A stretch of 64,000 nucleotides of DNA from assembly GCF_004010195.1 (NCBI RefSeq), contig NC_057754.1, positions 7,974,747 to 8,038,746 on the forward strand. The letters are read 5' to 3'. Position 1 is the first letter of the stretch. Every line of letters starts with the position of its first letter. Below, piece after piece: positions 1-11,864 of this stretch. The stretch comes from Chiloscyllium plagiosum (Eukaryota). The notes below the pieces were generated by a model. The model was given only the letters and a program-made list of their open reading frames with translations. It was not told where the DNA came from and did no database searches. Both the position numbers and the translations under genes were made by a program.

Positions 1-46
1 AGACAGTCGTCGCAATGAGCTGTTGTGCAATGACTGCGTTTGATGA

Positions 47-242
47 TTTGGAGATGCTGGTGTTGGACTGGGGTGTACAAAGTTAAAAATCACACAACAC
101 GGGTTTAATTGGAAGCACTAGCTTTCGGAGCGACGCTCCTTCATCAGGTGGTTGTCTGATGATGAAGGAGCGGCGCTCCAAAAGCTAGTGCTTCCAATTA
201 AACCTGTTGGACTATAATCTGGTGTTGTGTGATTTTTAACTT
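47..242. mobile_element. Palindromic Penelope-type (pLTR-like) element, family A, two inverted arms
   Basis: Left arm (AAAGTTAAAAATCACACAACAC...GCACTAGCTTTCGGAGC) is the reverse complement of the right arm (GCTCC...AGCTAGTGC...GTGTTGTGTGATTTTTAACTTT). Flanked by TGCGTTTGATGA (35-46) and TGCATTTGATGA (243-254). Confidence 0.8.
116..150 (-). ncRNA. Minimal type-I hammerhead ribozyme motif (family A, intact core)
   Basis: Minus strand reads CAC CUGAUGA A GGAGC GUC GCUCC GAAA GC UA GUG: stem I CAC/GUG, full core, 5-bp stem II, palindromic AGCU stem III, UA cleavage site. Confidence 0.8.
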
Positions 243-294
243 TGCATTTGATGAGGAAGGCTTAAGTATCAGCAGGGCCAAGCACATACAAGGC

Positions 295-415
295 GAAAGT
301 GGGTACTGCAGATGCTGGAGATTAGAGTCAAGATTAGAGTGGTGCTGGAAAAGCATAGCAGGTCAGGCAGCATCCGAGGAGCAGGAGAATCAATGTTTCG
401 GGCAAAAGCCCTTCA
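295..415 (-). mobile_element. Penelope-type 3' end, family B, truncated inside its hammerhead motif
   Basis: GAAAGTG...CTGCAGATGCTGGAG...GGTGCTGGAAAAGCA...GGTCAGGCAGCATCCGAGGAGCAGGAGAATC...TTTCGGGCAAAAGCCCTTCA, a sequence that recurs many times in the window. Confidence 0.75.
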
Positions 416-652
416 AGGCTAGGCCCCTGTTCCCATGGATACGGAAGTGATACTCTGATGGGTACGCAAGACTTCATTGAAGGGCAGAATGCTGAATGTT
501 TGCAAGAGATGTCATTCTTGGCAGCTGAAGGTTTCGAAGGGTTTGGGGGAGTAAGCGGGAAACCACTTACTGAGCCGGACGATCATCCGCGTTTGCAATG
601 AATGGCCTGCTCCTGCTCCTGTTTTCTCGTATGACAAACTCCGCGTATTGCT

Positions 653-680
653 TCCCCCCCCCCCCCCCCCCCCCCCCCCC
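653..680. repeat. Poly-C homopolymer
   Basis: Run of about 26 C. Confidence 0.95.
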
Positions 681-1462
681 TCCCAATCCCCTACAATATG
701 CACACATCACAAATGATGAGCTTGTCTCGCCCCAGTGCGGAAACTCACCACAGCACTTAGTGTCCAATTTGCTTTCTCTTTCTCTCTTTTCGAGCCTAAC
801 CGCGGGAATCGGTGTCCTTGTGTTCTCTGACCCTGCTATTTCAGCTTTCCGGAGTAAAATGGGATTCATATAATCGAGGTCGTCCTTTTATAGGGCTGAA
901 TTGAATGCTTTTACTGTGCAGTCGAGTATTCTGCCTTGATGGAATGCACCATAGATGAAAACATTTCCATTGATTTTGAATAGAGCAAATCAGCTTTGGT
1001 AAATCTAAATGCAAGGTGATGCAGTTTTGGAGGCTTTCTGCAGACTCCGTTACTGCATAGATTTTTGTAATTTAATGATTTTCCACTTGCTTCAGTTTTC
1101 TTTTCTTTGATATTTCAGTCCTTCAGGTATAGCTCTCACTTCAGGTCTTGAAATACTTGGACTCAAAGGGACTGGCATCCTCTTCATTCTTAAATATTTG
1201 TCAATGCCGTGCTATACATTTACCATGAGGTGTACAGCCGTGGTATGAGGGCAAAAAAAATCCATTCCCACTCTCCTCTAGGGCTTAGGACAGGAGAAGG
1301 AAGCAGAAAGCCTCTCAAAACCTATCCAAACCCCAACGTACGGCCTTTACCACCACCTCACCCACAGAAAGATACGGGCATAGTGTCATTGAGATTTATC
1401 CTTGAGTCTGTGCTGGTCAAAAACAATCACCTCACTATTCTAATCCCATTTTCCAGCACTTT

Positions 1463-2086
1463 CACAGTGGCACAGTAGTTAGGGACCCGGGTTTGATTCC
1501 AGCCTAGGGCAGCTGTCTGTGTGGAGTTTGCATGTTCTCCTGATGTCTGCATGGGTTTCCTCCCACAGTCCAAGATGTGCAGGTTAGGGTGGATTGGCCG
1601 TGCTAAATTGTCCCACAGTGTCCAGGGATGTGCAGGTTAGGGTGGATTGGCCGTGCTAAATTGTCCCATAGTGTCCAGGGATGTGCAGGTTAGGGTGGAT
1701 TGGCCGTGCTAAATTGTCCCATAGTGCCCAGGGATGTGCAGGTTAGGGTGGATTGGCCGTGCTAAATTGTCCCATAGTGCCCAGGGATGTGCAGGTTAAG
1801 GTGGATGGGCCATGCTAAATTGTCCCATAGTGTCCAGGGATGTGCAGGATAGGGTGGATTGGCCATGCTAAATTGTCCCATAGTGCCCAGGGATGTGCAG
1901 ATTAGGGTGGATTGGCCGTGCTAAATTGTCCCATAGTGCCCAGGGATGTGCAGGTTAGGGTGGGTTGGCCGTGGGAAATGTGGGGTTACAGGGATAGGCT
2001 AGGGGAGTGGGTCTGTTTGGTGTGGACTTGATGGGCTGAATAGCCTGCGCACCCCCCCACCCCACTATAGGAATCCTATGATTCTA
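1463..2086 (+). mobile_element. tRNA-derived SINE (HE1/V-SINE-like) with internal 53-bp tandem expansion
   Basis: A/B-box-like head (GTGGCACAGTAG...GGTTTGATTCC), V-domain-like TGTGTGGAGTTTGCATGTTCTCC, GATGTGCAG repeating every 53 bp from 1574 to 1945, tail GATTCTA. Confidence 0.85.
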
Positions 2087-3242
2087 ATGTAACCACAGTC
2101 AAGTGTTGTGAAACCCCCCATCCACCTCACCCATGTCCTTGGGGAATGGGAAATCTGCCTGTCTGCTCTGGCCTCTAGTAGTGGCATCTTGATTTTGACT
2201 CTGGTGAACATGAAGGCAGACTGATGGATAAAAATGTTCCCAAGTTGAGGACAACCAGCGACCCTTTGCTGTTCCTTTTTCACAACTCTATTTCTGGCTT
2301 TCCTACCCTCAAGCAAACGATTAACATCACCGGACACCATCCAGCATGGTTCTAATCGTAGTGACCCCGTTAAATTGGCTTCAGCTCGGCAGATTGCAGG
2401 ATTCACTTTCCCTGTACCCTCCAAGAGACAGCCGTTTGCATCTGAGAAATGTTTTTCAACGTCTTGCAGGGCTGCATGGTCAAAGTGAAACGGTGTTTGG
2501 GCACCACACCTCCCCCGCTGCCCCGTCTCCCCCACTCATTGTTAGCACCGGTGGGCACCCTCTGAGCTGGGATGTCAAGAGAGACTGGCGAGCTCACTGG
2601 TGGAAAGAATTATTACAGCTCACCGGGTTAGCGTGTTGGAAATCGAGGCCAGGTATTCTCAGAGTCACCTCAAGGGCTAAAACTCGTATAAAGTGCACAG
2701 GGCTGCCCAATTTACCTGACTTTCTGCCCTGGGTTGAGAGAAAGCTTGGTCCAGGGTTTCTGTACTGAATAAGAATTAGTACAAATAAAGAGATGCTCGC
2801 TACTTATAAATGGTTCGCATATATCAATTCTAACGAGGGAATAAGAACAGTTAAAGAGGCAGTACATCTTGAGAAATGAATGTACCGATCATTCTGGAGC
2901 AGTGTTTTGAGGGTTGGAGCAGTATGTCTCATTCGCAAGTTTCTTTTTTTTTACTTCTGGCTAATTAAGATTCTCATCCCCTACATCTTGATACAGACAG
3001 ATAAACACCTTGGGTAAAATAGATTATGGATTGACATGTAAAACTGGAAAGACAGTTCTGTACTATTTCTTCCTCGGTTCCTTTGCTGAGGTGACCCTTG
3101 TAACTCTTCTGCTGGCTAACAGTTTGGTTAAGCCACCCTTCTCCAAATGCTTTTACTGATTGTAGGGGGCACACGGTTGCCAGTTCACTTCTGACCTGTG
3201 AGCTTTGTAACAATGGTTGCAGGATTTCTTCTAGTTTACAAT

Positions 3243-3772
3243 GAGTCATAGAGATGTACAGCACAGAAACAGACCCTTCAGTCCAACTTGTCCACGCTGA
3301 CCAGATATCCGAAATAAATCTAGTCCCATTTGCCAGCATTTGGCCCATATTCCTCTAAACCCTTCCTAATCATATACCCATCCAGATGCCTTTTAACTGT
3401 TGTGATTGTACCAGCTTCCACCACTTCCTCTGGCAGCGTATTCCACATACGCACCACCCTCTTCGTGCAAAAGTTCCCCGTGGTCCCTTTAATATCTTTC
3501 CCCTCTCACCTTAAACCTATGCTCTCTAGTTTTGGACTCTTTCACCCCAGGGAAAAGTCCTTGTCTATTCACTCTATTCATGATTTTATAAACCTCTATA
3601 AGGTCATCTCTCAGCCTCCAATGCTCCAGGGAAAATAGCCATAGTCTTTTCAGCCTCTCCCGAAAGCACAAACCCTCCAACCCTGGCAACATCCTCGTAA
3701 ATCTTTTCTGAATCCTTTCAAGTTTCACAGCTTGTTTGCTATAGCAGGGAGACCAGAACTGCATGCAGTATG
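3243..3772 (-). mobile_element. CR1 LINE 3' fragment
   Basis: Peptide YCMQFWSP...LERIQKRFTRMLPGLEGL...LFSLE plus 3' UTR ending CTCTATGACTC. Confidence 0.9.
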
Positions 3773-4439
3773 CCAATGACTTTTGACTGCGGAGAACAGA
3801 GAGACCGCTTCAGAGTTGGCGATGAACTGAATGATTCTCTCTCTCTCTCTCTCTCGCTCTCCGTAACTTGTTTTCAGCTCCACATTGTTCAGTTACCTGA
3901 CAGCCAATACACAGTTGTTGCTAGCAGGCAAAAGGTCACTGTTATTAATAATTGATCACCAGCCCGTACACCAAGCAACGTCTTGTTGCTAACAAAAGCT
4001 GTGTCTGTATATTAGCTCCTAATCATTTGAACTTCAATCACTGCTTATTCAAGCAGTTGTTTACACCATACCAGACATGGATATCGGTTTACTTGCTTTC
4101 AGAACATGTAGCCACACTTTCAAGCACTGGTTTTAAAACAGCGCTTTCTCATTTCAGTCCACAATTTTTTTTAAAAAACCAGCAAAATAAAAGGAGACGG
4201 TCTTTACAGGATACGCAATGGGCTGGAGTTGGAGGGAGGGACGGGCAGCTTTAGTGGCATGCATTTTTGAGAAGATGGAGAAGGTTTCAGAAATAGGAAG
4301 CTTATCTGAAATGGATGCTGCACAGGGAAAATACTAACATAAGAAATGAGTGTCAGAGAATGGGAGGGTGGGACAGAGAAAATAAACCTAAAGGTACTCA
4401 ATAGTTAAGACTAGATATTATAACAATTAGAAAAAAAAT

Positions 4440-5320
4440 TCATAGACGCTGCATCTGAATGTACATAACATTCATAACAAAGTAAACAAATTGATCGTGC
4501 ACGTTGAATAAGCTGCAGAGGAACCTCGATTATCCGACATTCGATTATCCGAATATTGGATTATTCGGCAAGACTGCAAGGTCCCAACGCTCGGCCAAAT
4601 TATGTTATCCAGCATTCGATTAACCGAACAAAATACTGCCCGCCCGTGTGCTTCGGATAATCGAGGTTCCTCTGTAAGTGCGATCCGATACCTATTACGT
4701 AGACATGCAGGCCGACAAAGATTGGGCCCTGAGTAGTGAAGCTGATATGGCATTGAAGAAGAAGAGGGAGTTAGGTCAAGATGGACAGGTAGCACTGTTA
4801 ATCAAGGATGGCATTTTTGCATTGTTAGAGATAACTTTGGTTCAGGAAATCAGATTGTAGAATCAACTCAGGTATAGGTGAATGATATTTGGGGAAAGAA
4901 TGGGATCCAGCAAAATAAGTGTCCTTCAGCATAGAGGGATTCTAAAGAGGAGGACACACCATCTGTGGTTCAATGAAGAATGGATCAAACCTAAAGCGAA
5001 AGCATATAATTACTCAATGGCAGGCCAGATGGTTGGTCAGTATTTATAGAGTGTCAAAAAGAGGGATGAAATTACAGGAGGAGGGGAAGTGAGCGAGAAA
5101 CATAAAAACAATAGCTCCAGTTTCTATAGGTAATTGAAAAGGAAGCAGAGCAAGTGACTGGATACCTTTCAGAGGGTGAGAATGGCGATTTTAAGTCTCG
5201 GGGCAAGATGTTGCCAGGAAGAAAGCAAGGAAGGCTGTTATTAAATTGTGGACAATTGTGGAGGTAAAAAGCAGCATAATTTTTTTTATTGAATTCCTGA
5301 TTTTCAGCAGAGGTTGCTAA
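4440..5320 (+). mobile_element. Highly decayed CR1-type ORF2 (endonuclease start), interrupted by the MITE
   Basis: CTGAATGTACATAACATTCATAACAAAGTA... resembles the LNARSIRNK...YDLIAITETW endonuclease start on either side of the MITE. Confidence 0.5.
4516..4674. mobile_element. pogo/Tigger-type MITE, 159 bp
   Basis: Perfect 22-bp TIRs CAGAGGAACCTCGATTATCCGA (4516-4537; reverse complement at 4653-4674). Right flank TA, left flank TG. Internal TCGATTATCCGA-like subterminal repeats. Confidence 0.85.
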
Positions 5321-5379
5321 TTTGACATGAAGCAATAATAAAAATCAAACCAGGTTCCCTTGAGCAAAAAGGGTTCAGA

Positions 5380-5897
5380 GATACTCAAGCTCTCCTCATA
5401 AGGCAATCCCTCCATACCTGGTGTCAACCCTAATGAACCTTCTCTGGACTGCCTCCAATGCCAGTATATCTTCCTTGAGATAAGGGGTCCCACATGATTC
5501 ACAGTATTCAAGTGCCTTGAGGAGTTCTAGCCAAACCTTCCTGCTTTTATATCCCATTCTTTTTGAAATAAAGGCCAGTGATCCATTTGCCTTCCCACTG
5601 AACCTGGATGCTAGCTTTTTGTGATTCATCAATGGGGACTCCCAGATCCATCTGTTTCATAACTTTCTACAGTCTTTCTCCATTTAAATAATATTCAGCT
5701 CCTTTGTCCAATCTTTCAAAGTGCATAACCTCACATTTTCCCATGTTATATTCCAAGCTTTTGCCTCCTCACTCCATCTGTCCCTCTCCCTCTGCATGCT
5801 CTTGGGATCACCCTCACCACTGGCCTCCCCACCTAGATTGTGTCATCCACAAACTTGGCTATTGTCCGTTCATTTTGCTCATCAAAGTCATGAATAT
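5380..5897 (-). mobile_element. Old CR1/L2-type LINE RT C-terminal fragment
   Basis: Peptide KANGSLAFISKRMGYKS...LEAVQRRFIR (ORF 5396-5632). Confidence 0.75.
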
Positions 5898-6770
5898 ATT
5901 GAAACAACTCCACAGAGGCTGGTGTCCTGTCACCAAGTCACCCTTTATTTCCACGTGGAGAGCCCTTGACACCGATCCAGCTCTCCCAGAGTGGACAGAA
6001 TCTGGGAAGACACCCAACAGAATCAGTCTCTTCTCCTTTTTAATATAGGGAGAAAGAACAGAGTCCTTCACTCCACACTGATCCAGTTCCCTCAGAGTCA
6101 CCTCTCAGAGTGAACAGAACCTCTGACACTGCTGATCGTTTTCTTCCTTTGTTTTTGTTACCCCCACACTCCCGCCTAACTGCAGTAGTGCTTATTCTTC
6201 CCCAGCACCCATGTTGTGTGTGTGCAGGTGTGAGACAGTGACAGACACAAGGTGTACAAATTTGTATTCACACTGCCATTTATTTTGGTTTTTATTCTCA
6301 TTTCAGTCGAGAATGGTACCAAGACTCTGAGTGTCCAGGTATACGAATCACAAACTTAGTATGCAGCTACAGCAAGTAATTAAGAAGGTTAAATAATTCC
6401 ATAGAGGCTGGTATCCCGTCACCAGTTCACCCTTTATTTACTCTTGGAGAGTCCTTGATACTGGTCTTGCTTCCTCAGAACCAGCTCTCAAAGTGAACAG
6501 ACTCCCTGACACTCCTGTTTTTTTTATTACCACCACATTACCCCTAACTGCAGAAATGCTTATTTTTTTCCCCAGCACCCATGTTGTGTGTGTGCAGGTT
6601 TGAGACACAGTGACAGACACAAGGTGTACAAATCTTTATTCACACTGCCATTTATTTTGTATTATTCATACAGACAGGGCTCCCTGATTGGACTAGGTTA
6701 ACAGCCCCAATCAGGGAACTCGTGCTCTGTGAGGTGCACCAGGTTGACTTCGTTATTGTAAATACTTGTG
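5898..6770 (-). mobile_element. Two LTR-like copies (5898-6295, 6388-6770), each carrying the same ~130-bp insert
   Basis: Both start with an AAATAACTCCACAGAGGCTGGTRTCCYGTCACCA..CCCTTTATTT-like sequence (AATAAA on the minus strand). The same sequence at ~8790 precedes a Gypsy integrase remnant. Confidence 0.6.
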
Positions 6771-6779
6771 ACTCCAGCA

Positions 6780-7208
6780 TTGATCATTGTGAGACAACAC
6801 TTGATATAGGTTTTGTTCCTGAAAACGACCCGCCACCCCCTTTTCCCAACTCTCTGTCTGCTATTTGTTAATTGCTCCTCAAACCATGCCAGTACACTGC
6901 CTCCAGCAGTGTGGGCTCATGTCTTATTAAGTAAAGTAATATGTGGTATCTCGTGTGGATTTTCAGAAGGCGTTTAATACATTACATTCACTGCTTCCCC
7001 TTTTATCTAGCCGGCTTGTGACCTCCTTAAAGAATTCTGGTAAATCTATCAGACATGATTTCTTCCTCATGAAGCCACGCTGACTCTGCTTGGTCATGTT
7101 ATGGATAACTAAATGTCTTCTTCTTTTATCCTTTAAAACAGACTTTAACATTTTCCCAACAAGTGTTAAGCCAACTACCTGTTTTTGTCTGCCTCCCTTT
7201 TTAAACAA
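6780..7208 (-). mobile_element. Old CR1-type RT fragment
   Basis: Peptide FKKGGRQK...QSQRGFMRKKSCLIDLPEFFKEVTSRLD. Confidence 0.75.
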
Positions 7209-7844
7209 AGTAAATGAATGAGTGATTTTATTGTGCCGTGTATTCTACTGTGAAAAATACTGTAAAGTCCTAGACTGTTGCCACGATTCCTGCCCCATTT
7301 TGAATATTCCCTGTCCTTACACATGGCTACTTTATATTGTCCTGCATTTTGGGCTGACCTGCGTACAAGAACTGAACCTGTTGGCAGGTTGCGTATGACA
7401 GTCTGACTGTCTCAGTCTGCAAGGTTTCACTTTGCCCCCCCCCGCCTCCCCCAAGCGTGTGATGACACAAAAATAATTCTCATTATAATGCTGATTACCT
7501 TTTGGTTTAATTATACTCCCTGAACCTTTCATGAAAATTAAGTCATTTCAGAGGAATGGCTATAATTATTCATATATATGGATCTGCAAAACAGGTATTT
7601 ATCTCCCACTTGATTGTGCAGTGCATGCAAGCTGTTCAACCAAATCCACACACACACACTACAAAGAAACACAACGAATTCCTCATTAAACCATCTCAGA
7701 CTAAATTCTGTGTTTGGCAGTGGAATCTTTTCTGAGCAGGGCAGTTGCAGAATGTATTATGAGGGACTTGGATTCACTAACTCGGGAGGAATTGTGACCA
7801 CTGTCAGCTGTGCGGAGGGAGGTAAATTTAAAGGATGAGGGGAC

Positions 7845-8345
7845 AGCAATAAGAGGGGAGATTCAGAGGGTTCGAGAAAGATTTATACGGATGTTGGAAG
7901 GTTTGAACTGCAGGGAGAGGCAAAATAAGCAGGGGCTACTTTCCCTGGAACATTGCAGTCGGAGGGGTGACCTTATAGAAGTTTATGATACCATGAGAGG
8001 CATGGATAGGGTGAATAGTCCAGTTCTTTTCCCCAAGGTAGAGGAGTCCAAAACGTGAGCGCATACGTTTAAGATGAGAGGGGAAAGAGTTAAAAAGGGA
8101 CTTAAGGGGCACCTTTTTTACGAAGAGAGGGTGGTGCGTGTATGGAATGAGCTGCCAGAGGACATGGTGGAGGCTGGTACAATTACAACATTTAAAAGAT
8201 TATCTGCATGGTATATGAATAGGAAGGGTTTAGAGGGATATGGACCAAATGCTGGCAAGTGGGAGAAGATTAATTTAGGATTTCTGGTCAGCGTGGACCA
8301 GTTGAACTGAAGAGTCTGTTTCTGTGCTGTACATCTTTATGACTG
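7845..8345 (+). mobile_element. CR1 LINE 3' fragment
   Basis: Peptides RRGDLIEVY...RVVRVWNELPEDMVEAGT plus the CR1 3' UTR. Confidence 0.9.
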
Positions 8346-8789
8346 TATTAGCTTTTTTTTTTCAAAGTTTAATGCAGTGACCTGTTGCGACCTGGAATGC
8401 CGTGCCTAAGAGAATATGGAAGCCAATTCAGTGGCAACTTTCAAAAGGGTTTTGCTTAAAAAAATGTGAAACACTCAGGGAGATAAAGCATCGGCAGAGT
8501 GGATGGTTCCCTCAAACAGCTAGAACATGCATGATGGAGTGAATGGCCTCCTCTTCACTTCCTCTGAAGGGTTATACAGAGGTTTTGTGAACTCTGGGCT
8601 GGTAGGATTGTCCTGTGAAGGGAGATTTGAGGGGACCAGGAATAGATTTTAGAAGAACAAGAGGTGATCTCATTGAAACGAATGAAATATTTGCAGCACT
8701 CGCCAGGGTGGGTGCAGGAAGGATGGTTTGGTCTTTTTGGAAATCAGAGGAATGTCTCAAACCAGGAAAGAGACAGTCTGAAAGCAAGT

Positions 8790-9700
8790 GGTTGAAATAA
8801 CTGCACAGAGGCTGGTATCCCGGCACCAAGTCACCTTTATGTACTTGGGCCACAAACACTGGCTGAGGCCAGCCAGCTTGGAGTCAGTCTCCTGAACTGA
8901 GCAGGTTTAAACCTGTTAATCATTTTCCTCATTAACCTGTTCAGGGATGCTGTTGCACATCTCTGGAGCAGGTGGGACTTGAACTCAGCCCTTTTGGTCC
9001 AGGGATACGGACACTACCTTTGTGCCACAAGAGGGCCCACCTCTTATTAATATTGGTCTTTACTGATTGGTCCAGGTTAATGTTCCCAATGAAGGAGCTT
9101 GTAGTTAACATGACCCAGCTGGTTCCCACCACGATGTCCCTCCGCCCTCCCTCCCAAGTGCGGGGATGTTGGCCTGGTCTTTCTCTTGTAGCTTTTCCTG
9201 CGATGTGTGTGCCCCTGGGTCAGGTTCCTCTGACTGGGACTCTGACACAGGCAGCATGTGCCTGACCATAGCCCGTCTCTTGCGTCTGGAGCATCTCGGG
9301 AGAGTTTCCTCGTCTCCTTCCGGCGGTAACGGTCTCGCGGCTGCATCCATCTCGGACTCTGAGGTTTCCTCGACACGAGGCAGAGGGGGATTATTTTCGG
9401 TTTCTGACTGGCCCTCTGGCTGTTCTGAGGGGCCACATATGTTTTACTTCTGTTTTGTGAGGTAACAGCGTTCAGGTGACCCATGTGTTTGTTCAGGACT
9501 TTGTAAGCCACAACAACCTTGCGTGGTACCCAATAAAGGGCCACTTCCATAGTTCCGGTACCAAACTTCATCCCCTGCATTATATTGTCTCTCTCGCTTA
9601 GAGGAGGCATGTGGCTGGGGGGTATTCCTGCTGCCATTTCGCACTGTCCCCCAGGTCTGGAAATATGTTTTCGAGTGAGGACGGTGATAAGGAGAAACAG
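8790..9700 (-). mobile_element. Gypsy-type LTR retrotransposon remnant (integrase C-terminus, polypurine tract, 3' LTR)
   Basis: Frameshifted minus-strand peptides IFPDLGG / SSKRERQYNAGDEVWYRNYGSGP / WVPRKVV..YKVLNKHMGHL. Purine tract GGGAGGGAGGGCGGAGGGA near 9136-9154 abuts the LTR-like sequence. Confidence 0.7.
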
Positions 9701-10179
9701 TTTGCTTGGAGAGGAGGATCAGCAACCAGGAAAGGAGATAAGGATTCATTCTTTTAACAAAGCAACCAGCTGAGATCTGGAATTTGCGTCCTAAAAAGGG
9801 AGGGGTGCAAATTTAGTCACAAATTTTGAACAGGAGTTGGCTAAATGAAGAGAAATCGTTCAAGGCAAGAGGGAGGGAATGGGACGAAATGAACAACTTT
9901 TCTGGAGAGCTTGCACTGATGTGATGGGCTAAATAGCCTCATTCTGGGCTGTCTGTTTCTGTGATTCCCAACAGACGTTAAACCTGACTGTAAGTAAACC
10001 TAGGAGTTGAGTAAATATTTGATAGAAGTCTTATAATAGCGATGTTCATGAACTGCGAGAGTGATTCAGGTTTGCCATTTAGCTTGACTGAGTCTTTTGA
10101 AGTCCCTTGACATTTCTCAAATTTTCGCAATGCTCTGAATAGAGATTGTTGTGTTCAGCACTGGAGAAATTATTGGGCT

Positions 10180-10760
10180 GCATCTCCATCTATTGTTTAC
10201 TCCTGCCTGCCCCCACCCCACCCCTTCCTCTACATAAATACCAACCTTTTCATAGCAACCATCAGGTCAATAAAGGCACACAGCACAGAAACAGACCCTT
10301 CCTTCCAAGCAGTCCATGCCTACCATCATCCTAAAGCAAACGATACTGTGCTTGGCCCATATCCCACCAAACCTTTCCTCTTCATGTACATACTCAAATG
10401 TCTTTTAAATGTTGGAAGGTCATTCCACACACGAACCATTCTGTGTGAAAAAGTTGCCCCCACATGTCTTTTTTAAATCTTGCTCCTCTCGCCATAAAAA
10501 TATGTCCCCTCGTCTTGAAATCCCCTACCCTAATGAAAAGACACCTGCCGTTCACCTCATCTATGCCCCTCATGATTTTAAAAACTCGATGAGATCACCC
10601 CCTCAACCTCCTGTGCAGTGGAAAAAAAAGTTCCAGCCTATCCAGCCGTTCCTTATAACTCAAACCTTGTTCTGAAGAAGGGACATTAACTCTGCTTTCT
10701 CTCCACAGATGCTGCCTGACCTGCTGAGTTTTTTTCCAGTCATTTCTATTTTGGCTTTTG
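10180..10760 (+). mobile_element. Penelope-type 3' end (family C) interrupted by a minus-strand CR1 3' fragment (~10265-10668)
   Basis: ...CAACCATCAG [CR1] TTCTGAAGAAGGG...TCTCCACAGATGCTGCCTGACCTGCTGAG. The CUGAAGA hammerhead remnant has lost its GAAA half. Confidence 0.6.
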
Positions 10761-11224
10761 TGTTACCAGTCTAGTCACGCTATCACTGCATCGCCAACTC
10801 ACCCGAAATTGTTCATTACAAATCACCCACTGTTTTTCCTGATTTGATGCTTTTGGCTGTCAGCCAGATGGCCGCCTTTCCACTTCTGATATTTTTATAA
10901 TTAAAAGCATTTAGGAAAGAAACAAATCACACCCTTATATTGCTGTTGAGTCGCTTCCAGCAGGTGTCTTCATCATTTCTGTGTTTCAGCTCTCGGAAAC
11001 TCCAGGGAGAACTTGACAACCCAACTTAACTCTGAGCAGGCACTCCCGTCAGAATGTCAGAAACTGGGTTCTAGCCTCAGGGTTAGTGACAAAAATCAAT
11101 TGCAGAGCAAGTTGGAATGCAGCATCTGCTGCCGCAGCACTCCTCGGCTTTGGCGAGTTGCCCTGCTGTCGGTCGCGCTGACTGTCTCTTTCTCTTCCCC
11201 CCCCCGCCCCGTCCCTTTCTGCAG

Positions 11225-11387
11225 CGTTGACCTCGTCCACGCCCAGATACACGTGACCGAGGGCAAGAGTTTGCCCGATCTCGGCCTCAAGCAGGAAACC
11301 ATCCGCATCAACGGCAGCGCCATACAGTGTCGAGTTACAACCGAAGATCCAGCACGTGGCTTCCAACCAGACACCGGTCGTATTGAG
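11225..11387 (+). CDS. PC: Pyruvate carboxylase internal coding exon (biotin carboxylase domain), 163 bp
   Basis: Translates (D)[54 protein letters not shown], near-identical to vertebrate PC as I recall it ([54 protein letters not shown]). Upstream: branch-like CTGAC (11178-11182), polypyrimidine tract and AG (11223-11224). Downstream: GTAAC. Phase 2 start, phase 0 end. Confidence 0.96.
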
Positions 11388-11864
11388 GTAACGGGCGCTC
11401 CGTGCTGACACGCTCAGCTCTGAAATGCTCTCTTACCCTGGTGCTTATTCGGTCATGCTTTTGTGACTGTGTCATCCTGTGTCGGTGTGCACCGTGCGGA
11501 GACTTCCTCGGTACCTCTGCAGCTCTCCAGGGGCAACAGTGGGGTTTCACCTAGACTTGGCGGACACTTGATTGTCATTCCTGCGAGTTCTGTATTTGGG
11601 TCGGAATTTCTTTCCTGTTCTGGTCTCTTGCTCACCCCACCTCCCCCCTGTTTTAATCCCTCCCATAGGAGTTCTGGAATTCCCACCCAGAATCCTCTCC
11701 ATACCCTTGCTCCTCCTTTTCCAATGCTCCTTTAGATGCAGAGTGTGTTCCCAGTGCAGGCGGTACTGTGCCCCGCCATTGGAATGTGCATGGCTGTGAC
11801 GCATGCTCAGACGCATTTATCTCACTCACTAGCGCGCACACATGGAAATTGAGAAACAAATATG

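Noticed and set aside
47..242. Interpreting the palindromes as DNA-transposon MITEs
   Set aside because: Arms are unequal in length, single arms occur alone, target duplications vary in length, and the centre is a hammerhead motif. All of this fits inverted Penelope-type retro-insertions better.
1574..1980. Regularly spaced repeats resembling a CRISPR array
   Set aside because: Units are contiguous with no unique spacers, lie inside a SINE, and the DNA is eukaryotic with no cas genes.
11013..11224. N-terminal extension of the ORF containing the PC exon
   Set aside because: It is intron, including the branch point and polypyrimidine tract. PC similarity begins only at the AG.
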